Shown in pieces: positions 32,336-41,618 of a stretch of 64,000 bases of DNA. The DNA is taken from contig JBMFNR010000002.1 of the NCBI GenBank assembly GCA_049970055.1, positions 532,406 through 596,405 on the forward strand, read 5' to 3'. Both the position numbers and the translations under genes were made by a program. Position 1 is the first letter of the stretch. Every line of letters starts with the position of its first letter. The notes under the pieces were generated by a model. It saw only the letters and a program-made list of their open reading frames with translations, had not been told where the DNA came from and ran no database searches. This stretch comes from Fervidobacterium sp. (GTDB lineage Bacteria > Thermotogota > Thermotogae > Thermotogales > Fervidobacteriaceae).

Positions 32336-33096
32336 ATGTCAACCCCTAATGCCAGTTTAATTCCATACACATTTTTTAGATAATTATCCGTGTCTAAAGT
32401 TTCAGATAAATTGTAAAAACCTGAGAGTGCGAATCTAAAGTTCGATGCGGTAAATGTCAAAGTGCCATCAATGAAGTTGAATATATCAATCTGCGTTCTA
32501 TCATCAGAAATTCTAAAAACGGGACTGTATGCAAATGTTAAACTGTTAAAAAACAAATTATATAAAGAAGTTCCAAGCGATAGTCTCAACTTATTTTCCT
32601 CTATGCTATTCACGTACACACTAATTCCCACATTTTTTGTCAATACCGAGGTGATGCCTCCAAAAAATTCTGGTATTTTGTTAATTGGTATCTCCGTACT
32701 GAAAAGAACAATATCGAGTGCTCCAAAGTCCACAAGTGTGTAGTTGCTTAAAAATATCCTCCCAGCCGCATCCAGACTAAGCTTAAATTTGTCTGCGGGC
32801 ATAACCTGAAATTTTATGTTCAGACCAAAATTATCCTTCAAACTTGATAATTTGTAATTGACAAAACCTGTCGAAAAATCCGTATTTGTTTGATAACCGA
32901 GCTCGCCATTTAAAACTCCTTCACGCTTCTGCCAACCAACTTTGAGCAATATCCCATCTTGGTCTATTGTTTTCATTTCAAAATAAACAGAATTCCCACT
33001 CACGATGAGATTTGTGGGATTTTCAAGAAAAAAACTGAATGATGAAACTGAAACCAGTGTCAACAAAATTAGACTAATTAGTGTCTTTTTTTTCAT
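32332..33096 (-). CDS. Exported beta-rich protein, possible outer-membrane barrel
   Basis: Signal peptide [21 protein letters not shown]; amphipathic strands; C-terminal [11 protein letters not shown]. Confidence 0.6.
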   Translation of the reverse strand: MKKKTLISLILLTLVSVSSFSFFLENPTNLIVSGNSVYFEMKTIDQDGILLKVGWQKREGVLNGELGYQTNTDFSTGFVNYKLSSLKDNFGLNIKFQVMPADKFKLSLDAAGRIFLSNYTLVDFGALDIVLFSTEIPINKIPEFFGGITSVLTKNVGISVYVNSIEENKLRLSLGTSLYNLFFNSLTFAYSPVFRISDDRTQIDIFNFIDGTLTFTASNFRFALSGFYNLSETLDTDNYLKNVYGIKLALGVDM

Positions 33097-34195
33097 ATGC
33101 TTTTTTAACCCCCCTTCGGAATTCTTCAAAAGTTTCATTTTCTAAGCTCTCGCGCATTTTTTCACTAAATTCCATCATAAAATGAACATCGTGAATGGTC
33201 AATAATATTTGTCCAAGTACTTCCTGTCTGTCGAATAGATGCCTTATGTACCCTTTTGAAAAGTTCCTACAAGTGTAACAAGTGCATGACTCATCTATTG
33301 GTTTTTTGTCATACTTGTACCTTGCAGACCTTATGTTGAACTTACCATTCCAAGTAACAGCAAGGCCATGTCTTGCAACTCTAGTTGGAAATACGCTATC
33401 AAACATATCCACACCATTTGCTACTAAGTCTACGAGTAGATCAGGTGAGCCACCTCCCATAAAGTAGCGAGGTTTATCATAGGGCATTTTTGGAGCTAGG
33501 AACTCCACCATTTTAATTGTTGTCTCTCTTGGTTCTCCTACACTCAGCCCACCAATAGCAAAACCATCAAAGTCAAATTGAGTTATTTCTCTCATACTCA
33601 ACTCTCTTAAGTCTTTGTAAACTGCGCCCTGGATTATTCCAAATATCGCCTGATTTGATATTCTCCTTAGATGCTCAAGACTTCTCTTAGCCCATGCTGT
33701 TGTTAACTTAACAGATCTTTTTGCCTCTTCGTATCCATCATTGGGATCAGCACAATAATCAAAAGCCATAACGATATCAGACCCAAGAGTTGCCTGTATC
33801 TCCATAGAAAGTTCTGGGGTTATATAATGTCTCGAACCATCTATTGGTGACATTATCCAGACACCATCATCTGTAATCTTTTGTCCTTTTTTCAAACTAA
33901 ATACTTGGAATCCTCCACTATCTGTGAGGATAGGCTTGTTCCACCGCATAAAATTATGCAAACCACCGAATTCACGTATAACATCAAGTCCAGGTTTTAG
34001 ATACAGGTGAAATGCATTTGATAATATAATCTGAACGTTATTTTCTTCGAGTATATGTGGCGTAACCAATTTGACATTTGCATTTGTGCCAACTGGCATA
34101 AAAGTAGGTGTTTCAACAACACCATGAGGTAGATAAATCCTACCACGTCGTGCATGATTTTGTGTTTGAAGTACTTCAAATCTTAGTGAAGCCAT
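33074..34195 (-). CDS. tgt: tRNA-guanine transglycosylase
   Basis: [21 protein letters not shown], CxCxxC zinc site. Confidence 0.97.
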   Translation of the reverse strand: MASLRFEVLQTQNHARRGRIYLPHGVVETPTFMPVGTNANVKLVTPHILEENNVQIILSNAFHLYLKPGLDVIREFGGLHNFMRWNKPILTDSGGFQVFSLKKGQKITDDGVWIMSPIDGSRHYITPELSMEIQATLGSDIVMAFDYCADPNDGYEEAKRSVKLTTAWAKRSLEHLRRISNQAIFGIIQGAVYKDLRELSMREITQFDFDGFAIGGLSVGEPRETTIKMVEFLAPKMPYDKPRYFMGGGSPDLLVDLVANGVDMFDSVFPTRVARHGLAVTWNGKFNIRSARYKYDKKPIDESCTCYTCRNFSKGYIRHLFDRQEVLGQILLTIHDVHFMMEFSEKMRESLENETFEEFRRGVKKAYEKKDTN

Positions 34196-34808
34196 TTTCT
34201 TTGACCAACTCCTGTATTCTTTCGTAGTAAACTTTAGCTTCCTGCATTACTTCGTACATTCCGTCCAATACACTATTTTTGTACTTATCATCGTTGATAG
34301 ATTTTAGATTTATCATCACATTGTACTCGCCTATTTTACATGCAGCTCTGGCGAGTTCAGCTGCGCTAAATGCGTCGGAAATAGCGTTTTTATTCCCCCA
34401 TCTAGCTACGATCTCGCTGTACTTTAAAATGTCCCTAGCACACCTTACCAATTCCAAGGGAGTATCTATCGCTTCTTTTAAAGCTGTTTGGATTTTGTGT
34501 TCACGTTCAGGATCTTCTTTAGGTAATTTAAGAGCATTCATTACGTTATTAAATGCTTTAACGTCATTCTCTGCTAGTCTCAGTGTTCTCTCAATAACCA
34601 GTTCCATATTTTCTAGAACTTCTTGCATTAACCCCTCGTATTCTTCGTATTTTTTCTTGCTGATTGTCAAATTTGCAACCATAGAATTAAGGGAACCTCC
34701 CAAAGCAGCCGCAACTGCCCCAACCGCCCCTCCACCGGGAGCAGGAGTTTTTTCTTTTACCTTATTACAAAGCTCTTCTACTGTTAGCTTTCTAATTTCC
34801 ACGCGCAT
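34176..34808 (-). CDS. Cyclodeaminase/cyclohydrolase (FTCD_C) family protein
   Basis: [26 protein letters not shown]. Confidence 0.88.
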   Translation of the reverse strand: MRVEIRKLTVEELCNKVKEKTPAPGGGAVGAVAAALGGSLNSMVANLTISKKKYEEYEGLMQEVLENMELVIERTLRLAENDVKAFNNVMNALKLPKEDPEREHKIQTALKEAIDTPLELVRCARDILKYSEIVARWGNKNAISDAFSAAELARAACKIGEYNVMINLKSINDDKYKNSVLDGMYEVMQEAKVYYERIQELVKENGFTKI

Positions 34809-34970
34809 CCCTCCTTGTAAAGAATATTCTTTCCATTAAAGATGTACGAATTTCAAAATTAATTATATCACATACTTTTGGATTTTAAAGCTGGCACGCT
34901 GTACTTAATGATTGACGAAATTGAGGAATTAAACTGACCAATAAACGAAAAACCATTCGGTTTGTTGTAC

Positions 34971-34998
34971 TTGCAAAATATTAAATTCATGATACAAT
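34971..34998 (+). promoter_or_regulatory. SRP RNA promoter
   Basis: TTGCAA-N16-TACAAT with an extended TG element. Confidence 0.75.
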
Positions 34999-35002
34999 AA
35001 AA

Positions 35003-35277
35003 GCGGTGCCGTACTAAGCGGGGGGTTGGTGGTCCCCTGAATCCGAAACCCACCTAAGCGGAGCTGAATTCCCCGCAAGAGGCTATCTGTGTTCGGTATC
35101 GGCGTGCCTGATGGCGTTGAAGGTTGGGTCCCACGCAACAACTACCTGCGAACCGGGTCAGGTCCGGAAGGAAGCAGCCCTAAGCAGGCAAGTGTGTGCC
35201 GTGGGAGTGCCCGGCCGGAGCCACAACGGGTACGGGCGACCGGGTTCAGGTATGTCGAAGCGGGGTGTACGGCGCCA
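35003..35277 (+). ncRNA. ffs: Large bacterial SRP RNA (Alu-domain type)
   Basis: Helix 8 CCGGGTCAGGTCCGGAAGGAAGCAGC; terminal helix GGTGCCGTAC/GTACGGCGCC about 270 nt apart; GC-rich island. Confidence 0.93.
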
Positions 35278-35311
35278 TTTTTTATTTATTTATTTATTTA
35301 AATTAGAAAAT

Positions 35312-35638
35312 TGAGAGGGGCTGTAAGCCGGATTCTGTCTTAGACAGGCATCTGTCTATGCGGTCTACCCGGGGGAATAAGGGTGGGACCGCCCAACCCC
35401 CTGCTTGACCTTGCTCTGGATGTGGGTTACCAAGCCAGTGCATTACTGCACTGCTGGTGAGCTCTTACCTCACCTTTCCACCCTTGCCCTACTTGGATTA
35501 TCCATTCGGGCGGTTTCCGTTTCTATGGCCCTATCCGTAGCTCACGCTACCTGGCCGTTAGCCAGCATCCTGCCCACAGAGTCCGGACTTTCCTCAGGCC
35601 AGTCTTGTGCGACTGCCTGCGCCTGTCCGCCCCTCTCA
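35312..35638 (-). ncRNA. rnpB: RNase P RNA (type A)
   Basis: Minus strand GAGGAAAGTCCGG and ACAGAATCCGGCTTA (P4); P1 helix GAGAGGGG/CCCCTCTC. Confidence 0.97.
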
Positions 35639-35679
35639 TTTCCACTCAAGTGAGTTTATCTTTTTTGAACACGTAGAAT

Positions 35680-35708
35680 ATTGTACTACATTATTTTAAT
35701 ATTATCAA
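35680..35708 (-). promoter_or_regulatory. rnpB promoter
   Basis: Minus strand TTGATA-N17-TACAAT. Confidence 0.75.
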
Positions 35709-35802
35709 CGAACATTATCAATTTTAAATTGTTGATATTTCTAAAGGTTGTGATAAAATAAATTTAGTTCGTATAGCTAACAAAAATAGGGTGGGAGATT
35801 TT

Positions 35803-37146
35803 ATGGCACGAGTGGAAGTTTTAAGTGAAAAGATAGAGTATTCACTCTTTCACTTAGCTTGGCCTCTTATTGTTTCAAATGCACTCCAAACAATTTACAA
35901 TATCGTGGATTCCTACTTTTTAGGCAAGCTCGGTCCTATTCAATTCTCAGCTTCTACGATCACTTGGCCTGTGATTTTTACATTTATCTCATTGGCAATG
36001 GGGTTTTCCAATGCAGGTATTGCAATTGTATCGCAGTATTATGGTAAGAGAGATATTAAAGGTGTTAAAAATTCGATGGGACAACTATATTTAGTTACCA
36101 TATCAATTGGTCTTTTATCAACCGTGGTTGGAATTATTTTTGCAAAACCTGTACTAAGTTCAATAGCAGGTCCAAGTAAAGATGTCTTACCTTATGCGCT
36201 AAGTTATTACATTGTTGATATGCTCGGACTACCATTGGTATTCGTAATTAATAGTACAACTTCCGCGATGAGAGCTTTGGGAGACTCGCAATTTGGAATG
36301 CGAATTACACTTTATATGAATATAATTAACGTGGTTTTTGATCCACTCTTAATATTTGGCGTAGGACCACTACCTAAGTTAGGTGTGGCAGGTGCCGCAT
36401 GGGCAACAAATGTTGGAAGGTTAATAGCTGCTTTGATATCAATTTATCATGTTACATCACATAGAGCTGCTATCAAAATTTCGAAAACAGATCTTGTTCC
36501 TAACTGGCACCTTGTAGCATTGATTTTCAAGTTGGGGCTTCCTAGTGCTTTTGGTCAATCACTCACATCGGCTGGTTTTGCAATTATAATGAAATATGTT
36601 GCTATGTTTGGACCTGCTGTTATCAGTGCGTACGGGATCGGAAACAGGGTTACAAACTTAGTGTCAATGGTTTCATTTGGTCTTGCTGGTGCTATATCTA
36701 CGATGGTTGGGCAATTTGTTGGTGCTAAAAGGTTCAAAGATGCCCAACAAAGTGTTTATAAAGCATTTTTCTGGAATGTCGTAATTGTAGGAATATTATC
36801 ACTACTAACTTTTATGTACGGAAAACAAATGACAAGATTTTTCATAAATGACGCCGAGGTTATAAAAATGGGAGAAATCTACTTTAGATACATTTCGTTT
36901 TCTTTGCCCATATTTACAGGTTATATGATATACAACAGCGCTTTGATAGGAGCTGGAAAAACAGTCCTTACGATGATAGGGGATATTCTCAGATTATGGG
37001 TAATAAGAATTCCAATAATTGCCGTGCTCTCACTCACTTTAGGTTTCAAAGGAATATTTGTTGGCATGATTATCAGTAATCTCATAGTTTTTCTTCTTAC
37101 GTATCTCTTCTTTAAGTTCTCGAATTGGACGAAAAGTGTGGTATAA
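35803..37146 (+). CDS. MATE family transporter
   Basis: LAWP..YNIVD, NVVFDPLLIFG..LGVAGAAWAT; about 12 TM. Confidence 0.93.
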   Translation: MARVEVLSEKIEYSLFHLAWPLIVSNALQTIYNIVDSYFLGKLGPIQFSASTITWPVIFTFISLAMGFSNAGIAIVSQYYGKRDIKGVKNSMGQLYLVTISIGLLSTVVGIIFAKPVLSSIAGPSKDVLPYALSYYIVDMLGLPLVFVINSTTSAMRALGDSQFGMRITLYMNIINVVFDPLLIFGVGPLPKLGVAGAAWATNVGRLIAALISIYHVTSHRAAIKISKTDLVPNWHLVALIFKLGLPSAFGQSLTSAGFAIIMKYVAMFGPAVISAYGIGNRVTNLVSMVSFGLAGAISTMVGQFVGAKRFKDAQQSVYKAFFWNVVIVGILSLLTFMYGKQMTRFFINDAEVIKMGEIYFRYISFSLPIFTGYMIYNSALIGAGKTVLTMIGDILRLWVIRIPIIAVLSLTLGFKGIFVGMIISNLIVFLLTYLFFKFSNWTKSVV

Positions 37147-37186
37147 TGTTTACACGTGAAAAGTTAAGAACGATTGGAGGGACTTT

Positions 37187-38119
37187 ATGCGTATTCTATT
37201 CATGGGTACACCTGAATTTGCAGCAACATACCTAGAATACCTCGTTGTTAACAATTATAATGTGGTTGCTGTAATATCGCAAAAGGATAAACCACGCGGT
37301 AGAGGACAGAAGTTGTTACACACACCGGTAAAACAAGTTGCGATAAAGTATGATATACCGATATTTCAACCACTGAATTTAAATATAGAGGGTATCCAAG
37401 TGATTGAAGAGTTTAAACCTGACATAGGTATTGTTGTCGCCTACGGTAGGCTGATTAGAAAACCATTCCTCGAGCTAATTCCTCTGTACAATGTTCACAC
37501 ATCGCTTTTGCCAAAATATCGTGGACCTGCACCAATGCAACGTACTATAGAGAATGGGGAAAAAGTTACTGGAGTTACAATATTCAAAATCAACGAAGGT
37601 ATGGACGAAGGGGATATTGCCCTTCAAAAATCTTTTGAAATTGGTGAATGTGAAACGTATGGTCAGTTATATGAAAAGTTTGTAAAATATGGTACCAAAC
37701 TTCTTGGGGATTTTCTGGACAAATATCCTTTGCCACTTACTCCTCAAGATCATTCAAAAGCTACATACGCCCCAAAGATCGAAAAACACGATTTGTACAT
37801 AGATTTTTCAAAATCGGCGTTTGAGGTGAGAAACAAAATCCGAGCGTATGATCCTACGCCCGGAGTAAGAGTATTTTTGAACAAAGCTGAAGTAAAGGTA
37901 TTTGGTGCGTGTGAGATAGAGAATCCAACAAAAGAATGCATACCTGGAACGATTGTCAGAATCGAAAAAAATACAGGCGCAGGTGTTATAAAAACGAAAG
38001 ATCACCTTCTACATGTGAGATACATCCAGTTTCCAGGCAAAAGTAAGGTAACGTTCTTAGATGCAAAGAATGGAGGACTAATAAAAGAAGGCATGTGTTT
38101 TTCAAGCCAATGTGATTAA
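37187..38119 (+). CDS. fmt: Methionyl-tRNA formyltransferase
   Basis: FMGTPEFA, NVHTSLLPKYRGPAP, MDEGD. Confidence 0.97.
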   Translation: MRILFMGTPEFAATYLEYLVVNNYNVVAVISQKDKPRGRGQKLLHTPVKQVAIKYDIPIFQPLNLNIEGIQVIEEFKPDIGIVVAYGRLIRKPFLELIPLYNVHTSLLPKYRGPAPMQRTIENGEKVTGVTIFKINEGMDEGDIALQKSFEIGECETYGQLYEKFVKYGTKLLGDFLDKYPLPLTPQDHSKATYAPKIEKHDLYIDFSKSAFEVRNKIRAYDPTPGVRVFLNKAEVKVFGACEIENPTKECIPGTIVRIEKNTGAGVIKTKDHLLHVRYIQFPGKSKVTFLDAKNGGLIKEGMCFSSQCD

Positions 38120-38171
38120 ATTTTTCTGAAAACGAAATAAACGGAGCATTTAGCTTGAAAAAGCGACGATA

Positions 38172-38204
38172 AATAAAATCCCCGCCAAAGGCGGGGATAA
38201 TTTT
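38172..38204. terminator. Bidirectional terminator
   Basis: ATCCCCGCC-AAA-GGCGGGGAT flanked by A/T runs between convergent genes. Confidence 0.85.
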
Positions 38205-38217
38205 CTTCAAAAGAATT

Positions 38218-38592
38218 TTATGGCCTTTTCTGTGTACTATTTAACCTAAAGTAATCCATGTTCTCATCGTGTTCGATTTTCTTATACCGGTGTAATGCTG
38301 TATCGTACATTCTGTTTATTATTGCTTTTAAGTCACTACTTTTGCTTATTTCTTCAATAACTTTCCCAAGCTCGCCTGTAAATTCATATTTGAATTCCTT
38401 TTCATCGAATTTTATCTCTTCTATTGACAATTTTACCTCTGGCAAGATTTTACTTAATAGTCTTACAAGCATTTCCGCGAATACATCTTTCACATCACTT
38501 TTTCTCTTGGCCTCCGCAAGTTTTTCCCTGTACTCTGTTTCAAGCTCATGTTCGAACTTTACAAAACTGTTCATTTTTTCGTTTTTTTCCAT
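38218..38592 (-). CDS. Hypothetical protein
   Basis: SD AAGGGGG; typical composition; ends at a terminator. Confidence 0.75.
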   Translation of the reverse strand: MEKNEKMNSFVKFEHELETEYREKLAEAKRKSDVKDVFAEMLVRLLSKILPEVKLSIEEIKFDEKEFKYEFTGELGKVIEEISKSSDLKAIINRMYDTALHRYKKIEHDENMDYFRLNSTQKRP

Positions 38593-38732
38593 ACAATCCC
38601 CCCTTAGTTGAATATCTAAAACTTTCGAAGTTTTTTACAAATAAAGCAAGCTGGCCGATGAGTATTGAACCAATATTTATTCGCAATAATTTAGACAACT
38701 TCAAGTCAGAAAACGTTCATTGGAATTATACG

Positions 38733-39614
38733 TCATTTTTCAGTTTCATTTGATTTGCGTTTGCCGATGAGGTAAGCATACCACGTTGCACCTATGGTTA
38801 TAAGTATGACACTAACTATTTGTGCAGCACGTAATTGACCTGTCATAAGACTGTCTAACCTAAGTGATTCTATCCAAAAACGCCCTACTGAGTAAAGTAT
38901 CATATAAAGTGCTGTTGTTTCACCATATTCACGTTTCCGCTTTTCAACAAAAAAGTACAAAAAGACAAATATTGCTAAATCCCACAGACTCTCATATAAA
39001 AATGTTGGGTGGAAAAACCTCTCTATATCGTATCCAGGCATCCGCCTTTCGGGAGGAACAAACATTCCCCATGGTAGCGTTGTTGGCCTTCCATAAGCTT
39101 CGTAGTTGAAAAAGTTTCCCCATCTTCCTATCGCTTGTGCAAGGGGAAGAACAGATGTGAAAAGATCAGTTGCATGGACAAATTTGAAGTACTTTTTGAC
39201 TTTTGAATATATAAAAATCATCAACAATGCTCCAAAAATACCACCGTGTATTGCCAGACCACCGTGCCATATTTTGTAAATTTCCGATGGATATTTTGAG
39301 TAATAGTTCCAGTTAAAAACCACATAATAAATTCTTGCACCCAGTATACCCGCTATGATTCCCCAGAAAAGGCCTTCGTCCAAGTCTTCAGGTTTAATTG
39401 GATACTTACTCAGCCTTCTTCTTGCCAAAATGTAAGCTAAGAAAACTCCAGAAGCAATACACACACTGTACCATCTAAGCTGAAATTTTCCCACCTTGAA
39501 TATGTAATCTCTCACGATAAGTCTACCGGAGAAAACCTCTCTTAAGAAGAAAAACAAACTCGCTGCGACAATAACGAGTACGATCACCAATACAATAACA
39601 TTCTTCTTCTTCAC
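38733..39614 (-). CDS. lgt: Prolipoprotein diacylglyceryl transferase
   Basis: GARIYYV, GGLAIHGG, GRWGNFFNYE, HPTFLYE; GTGA overlap with the upstream gene. Confidence 0.96.
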   Translation of the reverse strand: MKKKNVIVLVIVLVIVAASLFFFLREVFSGRLIVRDYIFKVGKFQLRWYSVCIASGVFLAYILARRRLSKYPIKPEDLDEGLFWGIIAGILGARIYYVVFNWNYYSKYPSEIYKIWHGGLAIHGGIFGALLMIFIYSKVKKYFKFVHATDLFTSVLPLAQAIGRWGNFFNYEAYGRPTTLPWGMFVPPERRMPGYDIERFFHPTFLYESLWDLAIFVFLYFFVEKRKREYGETTALYMILYSVGRFWIESLRLDSLMTGQLRAAQIVSVILITIGATWYAYLIGKRKSNETEK

Positions 39615-40921
39615 TCTTGCTTCCCCCTTTTTCGTAAATCCTTTTCCCATAATTGCTGATAGACGTAGCTGACATGCGATAATTTCTCTTTTATAGAAAC
39701 ATCAAATGGAATATATCTCCAAAATATTTCACGAACAGGTTTTTCAAGCTTTTGAACACCATTTACCTCTTTTGAAACCCATAATACATAGTCTTTTACA
39801 AAATGTTCCGCAGGGTTGCCTTTTATCTTACTGTCTTCCAAATACTTGTAATATTCTCCTGTTAATCCCTCCTCCATCCAACGACCAAATGAGAGTTCTT
39901 TTTCCAATTTCCATCTGTATTCACCTAATGCCATAAAGAACGGTTCATTGCCTTTTCGCGAAAAAATAGGAACTACTATTCTTCCACGACCGTATATATT
40001 TAAGCCCTCAATCGGTTCCCAACAAAATCCATTTTCTCCGTAACCTGGAACCAATATAACATAAGGCGGCATGAATATCTCTGTGCCACGAATATTTCTT
40101 GTCAATGTTTTTGGATCTATTGTTTTGTATTCATCAAGCATTTGTATCACCAATTGTTTTGAAAATATTTTGTTTACATCTTTAAGATAGACTGATGTAA
40201 GTGCGGGGTAGTTTATTCCCATTTTTCCGACTACCTTTTTGATCATCTGCCTTATTACTAAATGATCTGTAAAATGATTTTCTGTGCCTTTTAAATTTTC
40301 TTTACTTAATAAATTTTTTTGCTCCTGTGCTTTATCAAGTAACTCTTTTAGTGTCTTAATCTCACCATCAAGTTTTTTTAACCGCCCGATTGATTTCAGA
40401 ATTTCATCAAATACGTAATATACTCCCTTTGAGTATGGGCCTTTGCCTTGGACTCCATTAGCCAGGTCTTTCAATTTTTCTTCTTCGATTGTTCTATCGT
40501 AGATCTTCCGCTCGTATTCTTTCTCGATCCAACTAACGTCAACCGTTCTTTCCTGCCCTTTTTCTTGAATTACATCTTCAAAAGTTGATCGAGGTATTTT
40601 TCCACTTTTAACGGCTAGTATCCATTCATCGGCGTAAAATATGGTATCACTTTCCTCTGATTTTATCAAAACTTTCAATCTTTCTAAATCTTCTTTTGTG
40701 AGATATCTTGGATCAACGATGCCAGTCCTTATAAACAATTTTTGCTCCATCGGACTGTCTTCTGTTAAATTCTCAGCGATATTAAGAAAGATTTCCCAGA
40801 ATATTTCTGCGAAGGCATCTTTGAATTCACTGAAATTCTCTTCCTGGAGTTTTTTCCTTTTCAAAAATTCTTCTTTTAGATCTTCTTTTACACTATGCAG
40901 TAATTTTTCAAAATAATCCAA
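39611..40921 (-). CDS. Conserved hypothetical protein (coiled coil plus conserved C-terminal domain)
   Basis: Long ORF; TTG start after GGTAGGTG; motifs ILVPGYGENGFCWEP, GRIVVP, WMEEGLTGEYY. Confidence 0.8.
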   Translation of the reverse strand: MDYFEKLLHSVKEDLKEEFLKRKKLQEENFSEFKDAFAEIFWEIFLNIAENLTEDSPMEQKLFIRTGIVDPRYLTKEDLERLKVLIKSEESDTIFYADEWILAVKSGKIPRSTFEDVIQEKGQERTVDVSWIEKEYERKIYDRTIEEEKLKDLANGVQGKGPYSKGVYYVFDEILKSIGRLKKLDGEIKTLKELLDKAQEQKNLLSKENLKGTENHFTDHLVIRQMIKKVVGKMGINYPALTSVYLKDVNKIFSKQLVIQMLDEYKTIDPKTLTRNIRGTEIFMPPYVILVPGYGENGFCWEPIEGLNIYGRGRIVVPIFSRKGNEPFFMALGEYRWKLEKELSFGRWMEEGLTGEYYKYLEDSKIKGNPAEHFVKDYVLWVSKEVNGVQKLEKPVREIFWRYIPFDVSIKEKLSHVSYVYQQLWEKDLRKRGKQE

Positions 40922-40955
40922 GACTTTGCACCTACCAAGTGAGCTTTTATTCTCT

Positions 40956-41567
40956 TCATCCTCTCCAGACGAGCCTAAGTCTATCACCAGAAAATTCAAC
41001 CGAGTAGATATTTCTATAACCTTTGTTTAAAGCTTTTTTGGACATCTGCTCTGCATTTTTAAAGGAAGCAATGATAATTGCATCGCTTTGGATGTGTGTA
41101 TCAAAGGAGATAACTGGGACACCCTCAATTTTTGTACCGACCTTGCTGTCATCTTCATCTATGAAGGCGACGATATTGAATTTCTCTTTGTTGGACATCA
41201 ATCTCAACAGCATTTTACCAACAACACCAGCTCCGTAAATTGCCACGTCACGCTTCCCAATAAGTTTTAAAAATATATCTTGGAATTTCAGTTCGATATC
41301 CTTATATAGTTGAGAGATTTCCGATAGATAGGCTAATCTGAGATAGTTAAGCTTTACTATCCCCTTATCTGATAATTTGTACTTTCCACCAACTTTTTCC
41401 ACTGTGCCTTCTGTCAAGAACGTCTTTAAATACTTGTTTACAAGAGAAGGTACAATGCCGGCTTTTAAAGCAAGCTCGGAATGTGTGACATTACCCTGCG
41501 AAAGTGCTTGCAATATCATCATTTGCCTGTAAAGCGGCGAATATTCGAAAAATTCAAAGTTTTCCAT
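40956..41567 (-). CDS. wHTH (MarR-like) plus Rossmann-fold transcriptional regulator
   Basis: THSELALKAGIVPSLVNKYLK..YKLSDKG; VAIYGAGVVG..AFIDED. Confidence 0.8.
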   Translation of the reverse strand: MENFEFFEYSPLYRQMMILQALSQGNVTHSELALKAGIVPSLVNKYLKTFLTEGTVEKVGGKYKLSDKGIVKLNYLRLAYLSEISQLYKDIELKFQDIFLKLIGKRDVAIYGAGVVGKMLLRLMSNKEKFNIVAFIDEDDSKVGTKIEGVPVISFDTHIQSDAIIIASFKNAEQMSKKALNKGYRNIYSVEFSGDRLRLVWRG

Positions 41568-41618
41568 GCGTAAACCTCCCAATTTTTACAATTCAGTGGA
41601 ACATCCTAACTGTTTTAC

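Noticed and set aside
35278..35300. (TTTA)n tract as a CRISPR or phase-variation element
   Set aside because: Short low-complexity spacer between RNA 3' ends, with no spacers and no coding context.
34868..35653. Short ORFs at 34868-35314 and 35405-35653
   Set aside because: They overlap the GC-rich SRP and RNase P RNAs and are stop-poor artefacts with no protein motifs.
38636..38661. GCCGATGA as a sigma28 promoter
   Set aside because: Poor -35 spacing, and it points antisense into lgt with no plus-strand gene.
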